64,000 bases of DNA. It comes from an uncultured Candidatus Peribacteria bacterium. GTDB taxonomy: Bacteria > Patescibacteriota > Gracilibacteria > UBA1369 > LOWO2-01-FULL-3. The stretch is taken from contig CAZGHH010000001.1 in NCBI GenBank assembly GCA_964525485.1, positions 12,455-76,454 of the forward strand, written 5' to 3'. Both the position numbers and the translations under genes were made by a program. The notes below the pieces were generated by a model, which was not told the origin of the DNA, made no database searches, and worked only from the letters and a program-made list of their open reading frames with translations. Below are positions 28,411 to 37,629 of this stretch, one piece after another; positions within the stretch are counted from its first letter, which is position 1; each line of letters begins with the position of its first letter.

Positions 28411-29778
28411 ATGTTAAAGGAAGCAAAAAAGATACACTTCGTAGGAATAGGAGGTATAGGTATAAGTACTATCGCGCAAATTTTAAAAGAACAAGGGAAA
28501 GAAATTACAGGCTCAGACATTGAAGACACAGATCACATACATCAACTTCAAAGTGGAGGAATTCGCGTTGCAATAGGTCATGACGCGAAAAATCTAGAGG
28601 ACGGTACGGATCTTGTTATTTACTCATTCGCAATTGAAAAAGATAATCCGGAATTATTAGCGGCGCACGAAAAAACCATTCCGTGTATCACATATCCACA
28701 GTCAGTAGGGGAGTTCAGTAAAGATTATTACACAATTGCCATTACGGGAACTCATGGCAAATCTACGACGACGAGTATGACAGCACTTCTACTTCTCAAC
28801 GCGGGCCTCGATCCGACAGTAATAGATGGAACAAAAATGAAAGAACTCGGTGACAAGAATTATCGCCTTGGAAAAGGTAAATATCTTGTAGTTGAAGCAT
28901 GTGAATTTAGAGATGCATTTTTGAATTACAAGATGGACGTTCTCGCGACAATTAATGTCGACTCAGATCATCTTGATTATTTTTTAACACAGGAGAATTA
29001 CGTTCAGGCTTTCAACAACGCAGCAAAAAAAGTTGAACCAAATGGTCTCCTAATTATAGACGCAGAGGATGCAAATAGCCGACATATCCAAGACGGAGCA
29101 TCTGCTCACCCGGTCTGGATTACAAGCAACATTGAGCATAAATTTAAAAAAGATTACTACTATCTCGAAGGAAATACTCTTTATTACGTAGATAAAAACA
29201 GCACAGAGCAAACATTACAGATAAATCCAAACGTGCCAGGCAAATTCAATATTCGCAACGCAGCACATACTGCAATTATTGGTGTTCATTTAGATATTCC
29301 AAAACAAAAAATTGAAGAAGGTATCGCGGCCTTTCAAGGTAGCTGGCGCAGAATGGAATTAAAAGAAACAAACCTTAAACACGCGTTATTCTATGATGAT
29401 TACGGTCATTTGGCTTCCGAAGTCGACAATACTTTGAAAGCAATTCGTGAAGAATATCCAGATAAAAAAATCCTCGCGGTTTTCCAACCGCATCAATTCA
29501 TTCGTATCAAAAATTACTTAAAAGAATTCGGCGAATGCTTCTCAGCCGCAGATGACGTGCTTATCCCGGACATTCTCCGTAATCGTGACACTCCAGAGCA
29601 AATGGCGAGTATCGGAACCGAAGAACTTCTAACTGAAATAAAGAAACACAAAGAAAACGTTTTTCATACAACCGATATATACAACACTGCAGACTGGGTT
29701 CGCTCTCACGGCGATGAATACGACGTGGTAGTGGCGATGGGTTCAGGAAATATCAAGAAGTTGTATAAGTTAATATAG
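28411..29778 (+). CDS. murC: UDP-N-acetylmuramate--L-alanine ligase
   Basis: 455 aa. IHFVGIGGIGISTIAQIL N-terminal Rossmann, Mur-ligase P-loop GTHGKSTTT, C-terminal Mur ligase domain. Confidence 0.92.
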   Translation: MLKEAKKIHFVGIGGIGISTIAQILKEQGKEITGSDIEDTDHIHQLQSGGIRVAIGHDAKNLEDGTDLVIYSFAIEKDNPELLAAHEKTIPCITYPQSVGEFSKDYYTIAITGTHGKSTTTSMTALLLLNAGLDPTVIDGTKMKELGDKNYRLGKGKYLVVEACEFRDAFLNYKMDVLATINVDSDHLDYFLTQENYVQAFNNAAKKVEPNGLLIIDAEDANSRHIQDGASAHPVWITSNIEHKFKKDYYYLEGNTLYYVDKNSTEQTLQINPNVPGKFNIRNAAHTAIIGVHLDIPKQKIEEGIAAFQGSWRRMELKETNLKHALFYDDYGHLASEVDNTLKAIREEYPDKKILAVFQPHQFIRIKNYLKEFGECFSAADDVLIPDILRNRDTPEQMASIGTEELLTEIKKHKENVFHTTDIYNTADWVRSHGDEYDVVVAMGSGNIKKLYKLI

Positions 29779-29793
29779 CGCTTGAAGTTTGAT

Positions 29794-31170
29794 TTAAACT
29801 CTTTTCCAGATCGTTCCGTTTGGGCCGTCTTCCAGAACGATTCCTTTTCCTTTTAACAAATCTCTGATTTCATCTGATCTTTTAAAGTTTTTCGTAGCAC
29901 GAACCTCGTTTCTTTCTTTTATCAACTCCTCGATGTCAGAATCCAAAGCTTTTTCTTGCACGAAGATAATCCCGAAAACAGAATCGAAACGTTTAAGCAA
30001 TTCAATAACCTGGTCTTTCTTATACTCAGTTTCGAATCCAACATCTTTAATTAAATCAAAAACTACAGAAAGTGCGCCAGACGTATCGAAATCATTGTCC
30101 ATAAATTCTTCAAATCTTTTCGCGTAAAATTCAGCATCGAAATCTTTCTCTCCGTTACTGTTTTTTAAACTTCTCACGAAATCATGAATCCTCTGCAAGC
30201 CAGCCTTCGCCTGGTCAAGTAATTCGTCACTAAATTCGATAGGTGAACTGTAGTGCTTTTGCAAAATCATGTAGCGGATTACGCGACCATCGTATTTTTT
30301 TAAAATCTCTTTTAATGTAAAGAAATTACCGAGACTCTTACTCATCTTCTCTTTATTCACAGTGATGAATCCATTATGCATCCAGTATTTAGCAAAAGCT
30401 CCAATGCCAAACACAGACTCGCTCTGAGCAATCTCACATTCATGATGAGGAAACTGTAGATCAGCACCACCTCCGTGAATATCAAATTTTTCGCCAAGAA
30501 GTTTCCATGACATTACGGAACATTCCAAGTGCCAACCAGGACGACCGTCTCCCCAAGGAGAAGCCCAAAACGGCTCGCCATCTTTCTTGAATTTCCATAC
30601 ACAAAAGTCATAAGGATTTCTTTTCCCCGTATTTTCAGCAACTCTAGCGCCAATTTTCAAATCTTTCAATTTTTGTCCTGATAATTTTCCATATGAAGGA
30701 TCTCTTGTAATGTCAAAATAAACTCCGTCACCATCGATAACATACGTCACGCCGGCGCTCTCCATCTTCTGCAAAAACTCGATCATCGCCGGTATGTATT
30801 CAGTCGCTCTAGGAGTTGCATCCGGCGCCATTATCCCGAGCGCCTCATAATCTTCCTGGTAAGAAGGAATGATCTTATCAGCCAATTCCTCCACGCTAAT
30901 ATCTTCTTCATTCGCACGATTTATCATCTTGTCGTCGATATCCGTATAATTTGAAACAAACCGCACTTCGTATCCTTTATAAATCAAATACTTACGAACG
31001 ATATCGAAACAAACAGCGCTTCTGCCATGTCCCAAATGTCCGTGATCGTAAACAGTCGGTCCGCAAACATACATAGAAACTTTTTTCGATCCAGGTTCGG
31101 TTTCAGCGTCGACAGGAGAGAACTTCTCTTTTTTCCAAGTCAATGTATTTTTAATTTTCAAGTTCCCCAT
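29794..31170 (-). CDS. cysS: Cysteinyl-tRNA synthetase
   Basis: 458 aa. HIGH-type HLGHGRS, KMSKS (KMSKSLGN), conserved Cys/His zinc ligands (CGPTVYD, WHLEC, HHEC). Confidence 0.95.
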   Translation of the reverse strand: MGNLKIKNTLTWKKEKFSPVDAETEPGSKKVSMYVCGPTVYDHGHLGHGRSAVCFDIVRKYLIYKGYEVRFVSNYTDIDDKMINRANEEDISVEELADKIIPSYQEDYEALGIMAPDATPRATEYIPAMIEFLQKMESAGVTYVIDGDGVYFDITRDPSYGKLSGQKLKDLKIGARVAENTGKRNPYDFCVWKFKKDGEPFWASPWGDGRPGWHLECSVMSWKLLGEKFDIHGGGADLQFPHHECEIAQSESVFGIGAFAKYWMHNGFITVNKEKMSKSLGNFFTLKEILKKYDGRVIRYMILQKHYSSPIEFSDELLDQAKAGLQRIHDFVRSLKNSNGEKDFDAEFYAKRFEEFMDNDFDTSGALSVVFDLIKDVGFETEYKKDQVIELLKRFDSVFGIIFVQEKALDSDIEELIKERNEVRATKNFKRSDEIRDLLKGKGIVLEDGPNGTIWKRV

Positions 31171-31183
31171 TATTTAAAAAAAA

Positions 31184-31483
31184 TTATAAAAACGTAATCA
31201 ATTTAATCAATCCATAAACAAGAATGTTTATGATAAGCATAGCAGTAAAAGGTGACAGATCGAGCATGCCGATCCTATGAGGTAATTTTCTGGCAACACG
31301 CAAAATCGGCTCAGTAATATCATGTACAAAATAAGTGATTCTTCCGGGTTTTCTCATACCTCCAACATTAATCCAAGACAAAATAATCCTGGCAAAAATA
31401 GCATAAGACATGATATTGCCAAGAACTGTAATAAAATTAACAGCAAAAACTTTTATCTGTGTAATATCTATATTCATAGCCAA
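31184..31483 (-). CDS. YggT-family membrane protein
   Basis: 99 aa, 2 TM segments. ILSWI...ITEPILRVARKLPHRIGMLDLSP block typical of YggT/Ycf19. Confidence 0.8.
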   Translation of the reverse strand: MAMNIDITQIKVFAVNFITVLGNIMSYAIFARIILSWINVGGMRKPGRITYFVHDITEPILRVARKLPHRIGMLDLSPFTAMLIINILVYGLIKLITFL

Positions 31484-31512
31484 TTAAAATTCATTGGCCA
31501 GATTCTAGCATC

Positions 31513-33510
31513 TTATTTCTTTTTTGAAAATTGAGAAAATGCAATTCCGCCCAAACCGGCTACGGCAAACAGGAATGCAACTTCAGGTCCGCTTTCAGAG
31601 ACGTCTTTTGGTATCTCGGCCAAATGCTCTGCACCGGCTGTGCCTTCCAATACGTCGGGAGGTAAATATGTCGAAGACCCGGGAATGCCGGTGACAACAT
31701 TACTTACGTGTGAAGAAATTCCACCTTCATTATCGACGGCAACAACTGCAAAATAATAAGTTTTACCATTTATCAAATCTGGAATATACCAGTTTGTAGC
31801 GGCGGTCCAAGTATCCACAGCGTATCTCATATCATTTGGAGCGATACCATAAAATACTCTATAAAATTTAACAGGATTGCCTGTTTTTGGAGCATCCCAT
31901 TTTAAAGCAACTTTATGATCACCGGGATATGCGATTAAGTTAGCTACATCGCCAACCAATGGAGCTGAAGTCGCACCCGGGACATCAGATAGGCCTGGAG
32001 TACCTTGTACGCCAACAAGCAAAGGAGTTTCTTTTTCTTTTTTAGTTTGATTTCCCAAGTTATCGCTAAGCGTTACAACTGAAAGATATTGTCCGGCAGT
32101 CACGGGAGCTTTGAATTTCGCAGAATAATAACCGTTGCCGGAATCTTTCATTTCATAAGTGCCATCACCAACCTGTAAAAGGACTTTTAATAAGTTGGTC
32201 TCGGCATATACTCTTGCTTCAACTTCACCTGATGCCGCAACGCCTGCAGGTACATATTCAAGTTTTTCGAAAGTTGGAGGAGTCGTGTCTATTTTAAATT
32301 TAATTTTTGAAGAAGAAGCTACGATAGTTCCTCCATCATTAATAATAGCTACAAAGATTTCATGATCGCCATCAGACATGGCCGCAGTAACAAACATAAA
32401 ATTACCGGTCGAGTCAGCGGTGGCAGATCCTATCTCAGAATTATTATCATATATTTTTAATTTTGCTCCCGGAGTTGCTACTCCTGAAACAACCTGTGTT
32501 TTATTTGCAAAGATACCGGGAACAGGATTTGAAAGAGTTATAAGATCGCTCGCAGAACCTGAAGTGCCGGAAACGACTACAGTCAACGTCCCGAAAATTT
32601 GAATGTCAATTATATCACGTGCTTCTATTACATATGTACCGGGAGAATTAAAAGACAGTGCTAATGAAAAAGTATGAGCACCGGCATCTTGTATTCCAAA
32701 TGTATAGTCAGAAGGCAAATTCACAGAAGTAGCATCTCCTGACGTAACGGCAAAATGAACAGTTCCATCGTATTCCATAGCAATTTGCTCGGATTGATCC
32801 ATCGCCGACAAAGTAAATGAAATATTTTGACCAACTGAAACGGTTTGAGGCAAATCTTTGAAAGCCAAATGAGAAACCGGTCCTGCTGAATTTCCGACAG
32901 CATGGCCTATCACGGCGTTTTGACTATTCAAAACAGAAGCCGAATACGGAGAATAAGACCTTTGAGTCGCATAAGAATTCGAAGAGGTCGTATTAAAAAT
33001 TTCATCCGTAGAATTGAAATAAACAATCTTAGCTCTTGATGTTAAAACTTTATTTTTAGTCAAATCAAATATTGAATAGGTTGAAACGCCAGGTGTTTTT
33101 GAATTCACATTAAAGACGGCCACGCCGTTTTCGTCAGTCATTTTCGCCGACGGCATGATGTCCGAATCTCTACTGGAAATCAAAGTTAAAACGTCTCCAA
33201 ATATAGGTTTACCATTTGAATCTCTTAATATGATCTCAAGTTCTCCATCATCTTTGCCTATACGTACAACCTGCTCCGAAGGTGAAACCTCAGAGAAATC
33301 ATCCGAAACAACGCCACTAGAAACAGACAAAGTCGAGTTTGCAGAGGTTGAATTCGCGGAAACTGTTGTATTTACAGAAGCCGAAGCCGCGACCGTAGAA
33401 GTCGAAGGCTCAACGGCTTTCACAGATTCGAAATCGTAAGCAAAGGAAACCGTCAATAACGATAATATAAGTATCCAACCGGCGACCAAACTAAGTATTT
33501 TTGTTTTCAT
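31513..33510 (-). CDS. Large secreted surface protein (beta-rich Ig-like/FN3-like repeats) with C-terminal membrane anchor
   Basis: ATG 33510 (MKTKILSL...) gives a signal peptide ending SFA. The track ORF starts at 33543. Ser/Thr/Val-rich linker, repeated beta-rich modules, FN3-like segment (KVALKWDAPKTGNPVKFYRVFYG). C-terminal GPEVAFLFAVAGLGGIAFSQF + KKK. Confidence 0.5.
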   Translation of the reverse strand: MKTKILSLVAGWILILSLLTVSFAYDFESVKAVEPSTSTVAASASVNTTVSANSTSANSTLSVSSGVVSDDFSEVSPSEQVVRIGKDDGELEIILRDSNGKPIFGDVLTLISSRDSDIMPSAKMTDENGVAVFNVNSKTPGVSTYSIFDLTKNKVLTSRAKIVYFNSTDEIFNTTSSNSYATQRSYSPYSASVLNSQNAVIGHAVGNSAGPVSHLAFKDLPQTVSVGQNISFTLSAMDQSEQIAMEYDGTVHFAVTSGDATSVNLPSDYTFGIQDAGAHTFSLALSFNSPGTYVIEARDIIDIQIFGTLTVVVSGTSGSASDLITLSNPVPGIFANKTQVVSGVATPGAKLKIYDNNSEIGSATADSTGNFMFVTAAMSDGDHEIFVAIINDGGTIVASSSKIKFKIDTTPPTFEKLEYVPAGVAASGEVEARVYAETNLLKVLLQVGDGTYEMKDSGNGYYSAKFKAPVTAGQYLSVVTLSDNLGNQTKKEKETPLLVGVQGTPGLSDVPGATSAPLVGDVANLIAYPGDHKVALKWDAPKTGNPVKFYRVFYGIAPNDMRYAVDTWTAATNWYIPDLINGKTYYFAVVAVDNEGGISSHVSNVVTGIPGSSTYLPPDVLEGTAGAEHLAEIPKDVSESGPEVAFLFAVAGLGGIAFSQFSKKK

Positions 33511-33670
33511 ATTTATTTTTTGAATCAGTAAATGATACACCAAAAAGCTTTTTTCTTCAAGAATACCCCCCTAGATTCAGAAGATATGTCAAGTCTTAAT
33601 AAAAACGTCCCCAGAGTTGTAAAAACAGATGAATTCGTATAAACTCTACGGGACAATAAAGCTATTAATT

Positions 33671-35245
33671 ATGATTAAAAAAATATTTGTATTTTTTACG
33701 CTGTCTTTCATGTTATGTGCATCGCCGATGTTGAGCATGACTACAGTATTTGCTGACACAGAAAAAGTCGTAACGAACAACATTCAAAAGACATTACTGG
33801 AAGCGGTTATCAAAAGTGAAGACACGAATTCTGTCAAAGGAAACATGATATTCGACGCTTCCCAGAGTTACATGCCGGAAAATGAAAAAGAATATAAATT
33901 CGAATGGGACTTTGGAGATGGAAATAGAGACCAGGGAATCGAGACTCCTCATTCATATAATAAACCTGGAAGATATACAGTGTCGTTGCGTATTTACAAC
34001 GACAAAGAAGAATCTGTGACAAAAAAAGAAATTTTTATATACAACAAATCAATACTTGTACTTACAGATTCTCAAACAAACAAAGCACTCCTGGAAACAG
34101 TAAAGGCGTATGGCGAAGACAAAGGCGTATACATAAAAATTGTAGACAGTTTTGGAGCGAGCTCTGAATTTATATCGGAAGAAATCTTGTACAAAAAGCT
34201 GTCCGAATCACTTTCTCATCTTCAAAAATCATCGCAAGTTTTGACATGGACTAGAGAAAATTCCGGATTGAACGCTCTTTCTAGACTCGTAACCGAATCG
34301 CGATCAAAAGAGCCTATAAACCTTTCAAGTAAATCAATCATAGTCGTAACGAGCGATATAGAATCTTATTCAGGAAGAATAAAAAACCAGTTTTCACTAT
34401 TGAACCCAAAAAACATAGTTTTGGTCAACGAAGCCGGAGTATATCAAATTATAGATAATCTCACCTTCGAGGATTTAACTAAAAATTTAAAAGAAAAAGG
34501 GTATGAATACAAAATCATCACAGAAGCCAGTTTCAGACTAATGCCGTGGAACTTCTTGTCGTATTTTATATCCGTACTAATAGAAAAAGGGATTCCGGAC
34601 AATACGATTGCATTACTTTTACTGCTTCCGGTTATTGCGACGGTCATAACATTCATGAAGCAATTCGTTGGACTCACGACTATGGGGATATTCACTCCAA
34701 TGGTAATCACTCTCTCGTTTTTAGTAATAGGTGTTAACTTCGGACTATTGGTGCTTTTAATGATACTGACGGTAGGAACACTCGTGAGGCAACTATTAAA
34801 CAAAGCCAGACTTCTTTATATACCGAAAATGGCGATAGTTATAACATCGACAGCCATTATGCTGTTATTGATGCTTATTTTGAGCTTGTATTTGAATGTT
34901 TTTAACGCGACGTTCATATCATTGAGTATATTCCCGATGGTGATACTCAGTACTCTTGTGGAACGTTTTATCAGTATCAAAACCGAGCGCGGACTGAAAA
35001 CAGCAATAGTGCTGATGATTGAAACGATAATAGTATCAGTAGTTGCATATATTATAGTTGGGGGAAAAATGGATTTGGGAATAGTTGAATTTCAATTCGG
35101 ATGGATCAGGGATTTGATGTTAAACTTCCCGGAATTGGTATTTGCGCTAGTTATAGTTAATGTGCTGCTTGGTAGATGGACAGGTCTTAGAATGTTGGAA
35201 TTTATAAGATTCAAAGAAGTCATAAGACACATAGAAGAAGAATAA
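33671..35245 (+). CDS. Signal peptide + PKD domain + C-terminal 7-TM module (7TM type usually fused to inactive transglutaminases)
   Basis: ATG 33671 (MIKKIFVFFTLSF...) preferred over 33629. PKD signature FDASQS...YKFEWDFGDGN...HSYNKPGRYTVSLRI. C-terminal half has about 7 hydrophobic helices beginning LLLLPVIATVITFMKQFVGLTTMGIFTP. The protein ends ...RHIEEE. Confidence 0.6.
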   Translation: MIKKIFVFFTLSFMLCASPMLSMTTVFADTEKVVTNNIQKTLLEAVIKSEDTNSVKGNMIFDASQSYMPENEKEYKFEWDFGDGNRDQGIETPHSYNKPGRYTVSLRIYNDKEESVTKKEIFIYNKSILVLTDSQTNKALLETVKAYGEDKGVYIKIVDSFGASSEFISEEILYKKLSESLSHLQKSSQVLTWTRENSGLNALSRLVTESRSKEPINLSSKSIIVVTSDIESYSGRIKNQFSLLNPKNIVLVNEAGVYQIIDNLTFEDLTKNLKEKGYEYKIITEASFRLMPWNFLSYFISVLIEKGIPDNTIALLLLLPVIATVITFMKQFVGLTTMGIFTPMVITLSFLVIGVNFGLLVLLMILTVGTLVRQLLNKARLLYIPKMAIVITSTAIMLLLMLILSLYLNVFNATFISLSIFPMVILSTLVERFISIKTERGLKTAIVLMIETIIVSVVAYIIVGGKMDLGIVEFQFGWIRDLMLNFPELVFALVIVNVLLGRWTGLRMLEFIRFKEVIRHIEEE

Positions 35246-35254
35246 TAAAACAAT

Positions 35255-37627
35255 ATGAAACTTTTTAAGTCATACGGAATTTTAGGAATAAATGCGAGAA
35301 ATCTTCTTTATATTAAACCGCTAAATCCGGCAAAAGCTGTAAAATTAGCCGATGACAAAATTAAAACGAAAAAATTTCTTGAGACAAGGGGAATTCCTGT
35401 GCCCAAATTATTAAAAGTCATACAAAATCACGAAGAATTGGAGAAGTTAGACTTCAAGACATTACCAAATGCATTCGCATTAAAACCAAACAGTGGATTT
35501 GGAGGAGAAGGAATAATTCCGATCAAATCCAGAGAAGATAACGATTTTATATCGGTAAACGATAAGATCTATACAAAAGAAATGTTATACGATCAGATAT
35601 TGGATATTCTCGACGGAAGATTTTCTATATCAAATATATCTGACATAGCTTTTTTTGAACAATTGATAATTCCCGACAAATCATTGGGGAAGTATTCATA
35701 TTCAGGATTACCGGACATCCGTATAATTGTTTACAACATGGTTCCGGTGATGGCGATGCTAAGACTCCCGACAAAAGAATCAAATGGCAAGGCAAATTTG
35801 CATCAAGGGGCGTGCGGAGTCGGGCTGGACCTAGCTTCCGGGAAGGCAACATACATAGTCAAAAGTAATAAAATTATTGATGAAATAGAAGGTATCGGGA
35901 AGTTAGATGACTTAAAAGTGCCATTCTGGGATGAGATTTTATTGGCTGCATCAAAAATTCAGATGGCTACAAATCTAGGATATTTGGCGGTAGACATGGC
36001 TATAGATAAAAATTCAGGACCTTTGCTCTTGGAAATCAATGCTAGAGCAGGGCTAGGAGTTCAAAATGCGAACTTGGCACCATTAAGAAAAAGATTGGAA
36101 AGAATAGAAGGCGTGAAAGTCGGCAAGCCGGAAAAAGGAGTTCAGATAGCAAAAGACATGTTCGGTGCGGGATTTGAGAAAAAAGAACAAATCACGGTAA
36201 ATAAGAAAATAATCGGAAAAGAAGAAGACGTTGAAATTAACATAAAAAACGAATCTCATGTACTCAAAGCGATAATAGATCCATCTCACGAACGAAGTAC
36301 TTTGGATATCAAAATCGCTGAAAAATTAAACCTTACGAAATCTACGGAATATGACGACGAAAAATCCACATTAAAATTAAAATTCACACTAAAAGACAAG
36401 AAAATACAAACAGTCGTGGACGTAGAGAAAATTCAAAACGAAGATTTCAAAATGATAATAGGTGAAAGAGACCTAGAAGGTTTTTTGCTCGATATCAAGG
36501 CGAAATCAAGCACAACAAAAAAACATCAAAAAGCAGTAATTAAAAAAAGAAAGAAAAACCATTTTGAAATTGACGAAGAAATCACTGGAATAGATAACCA
36601 AATTAAATTACTTTTCCATTTGCGTCCGGTAAATCTAGAAGAAGAGAGACAAAAGTTTTTTAATAATTACACTTACAACCCGCAATTTATATATCCGGAA
36701 CTTAGGTTCAATTCAGACACTTTGAAGCAAAGATTGGCATTGATAGACAACTACGGAGGTATACTTGGAGAAATATTTGAAGCAAAAAAACAAGAAATAA
36801 TAAAAAAGATAAATTTACTGGATCACATAGGGGAAGAGTCATTCACTCAAAAATCAATTGAACTTTTTGGAAGCCCGGATGAGAACCTTATCAATGAATG
36901 CGAAAAATTATTAATAGAAAGCGACAAAAGCTACAAAAAAGATGCAGATAAAATAATGATATCCTCCGACGATGCAGCAAAAGCATTCAAAAAAGTATTC
37001 GAAGAATATGGACTCAAAAATTGGAACGTGAAAATCAAAGATGAAATGGTTACAGACTGTGTGGCGGGGAAAAACAACATGCTTTTCGTCAGAAAAAAAG
37101 CAACTTTCAGCGAGCATAAAATACAAAAGTTAATAATCCACGAGATCGAAACGCACATATTGACAGCTGAAAACGGAAAAAATCAACCTTTTGAAATATT
37201 TAATAGGGGACTGGCAAATTACTTGGAAACGCAAGAAGGCCTGGCTGTTTACAACGTCAACGAACAACTCGACAAAAATATCTCAAGAAGTTATAAGGCA
37301 TTGGCGTTGATTATAGCTATAGCAACGGCTCATCAAGCATCTTTTAATCAAGTTTTTGAGAAGATTTTATCGTTTGGGCTTTCAATAGAAGATTCATTTA
37401 GAATAACCTTGAAAGTTAAAAGAGGCCTAACGGATACATCATCAAAAGGTGCGTTCACAAAGGATATGATGTACTACAGTGGATATAAACAAATAAAAGA
37501 ATTTATAAAAAACGGAGGTGAAATGAGAGATTTATATATAGGAAAATTCAATTTAAAAGATTTGGATTTAATAAAAAAACTAGAAGGACTCACGGACCCG
37601 AAAATCTTACCAAAGTGGCTTAGATGA
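35255..37627 (+). CDS. Fusion protein: RimK-related ATP-grasp (alpha-L-glutamate-ligase-like) + DUF1704/QEGLA-motif (MATCAP-family) zinc carboxypeptidase-like domain
   Basis: 790 aa. N-terminal GILGINARNLLYIKPLNP, KPNSGFGGEGI, LLLEINARAGLG (ATP-grasp). C-terminal HEIETH at 37139..37156 and ETQEGLA at 37232..37246 (QEGLA-motif family). Starts 9 nt after the PKD-7TM gene. Confidence 0.7.
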   Translation: MKLFKSYGILGINARNLLYIKPLNPAKAVKLADDKIKTKKFLETRGIPVPKLLKVIQNHEELEKLDFKTLPNAFALKPNSGFGGEGIIPIKSREDNDFISVNDKIYTKEMLYDQILDILDGRFSISNISDIAFFEQLIIPDKSLGKYSYSGLPDIRIIVYNMVPVMAMLRLPTKESNGKANLHQGACGVGLDLASGKATYIVKSNKIIDEIEGIGKLDDLKVPFWDEILLAASKIQMATNLGYLAVDMAIDKNSGPLLLEINARAGLGVQNANLAPLRKRLERIEGVKVGKPEKGVQIAKDMFGAGFEKKEQITVNKKIIGKEEDVEINIKNESHVLKAIIDPSHERSTLDIKIAEKLNLTKSTEYDDEKSTLKLKFTLKDKKIQTVVDVEKIQNEDFKMIIGERDLEGFLLDIKAKSSTTKKHQKAVIKKRKKNHFEIDEEITGIDNQIKLLFHLRPVNLEEERQKFFNNYTYNPQFIYPELRFNSDTLKQRLALIDNYGGILGEIFEAKKQEIIKKINLLDHIGEESFTQKSIELFGSPDENLINECEKLLIESDKSYKKDADKIMISSDDAAKAFKKVFEEYGLKNWNVKIKDEMVTDCVAGKNNMLFVRKKATFSEHKIQKLIIHEIETHILTAENGKNQPFEIFNRGLANYLETQEGLAVYNVNEQLDKNISRSYKALALIIAIATAHQASFNQVFEKILSFGLSIEDSFRITLKVKRGLTDTSSKGAFTKDMMYYSGYKQIKEFIKNGGEMRDLYIGKFNLKDLDLIKKLEGLTDPKILPKWLR

Positions 37628-37629
37628 AG

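Noticed and set aside
29779-29793. Small hairpin AGTTT-GATTT-AAACT between the convergent murC and cysS, as a bidirectional terminator. Similar tiny stems follow rplU and the 18759 gene.
   Set aside because: The stems are 4-5 bp and lack flanking T-runs, which does not convince as intrinsic terminators. I could not support any terminator call in this window.
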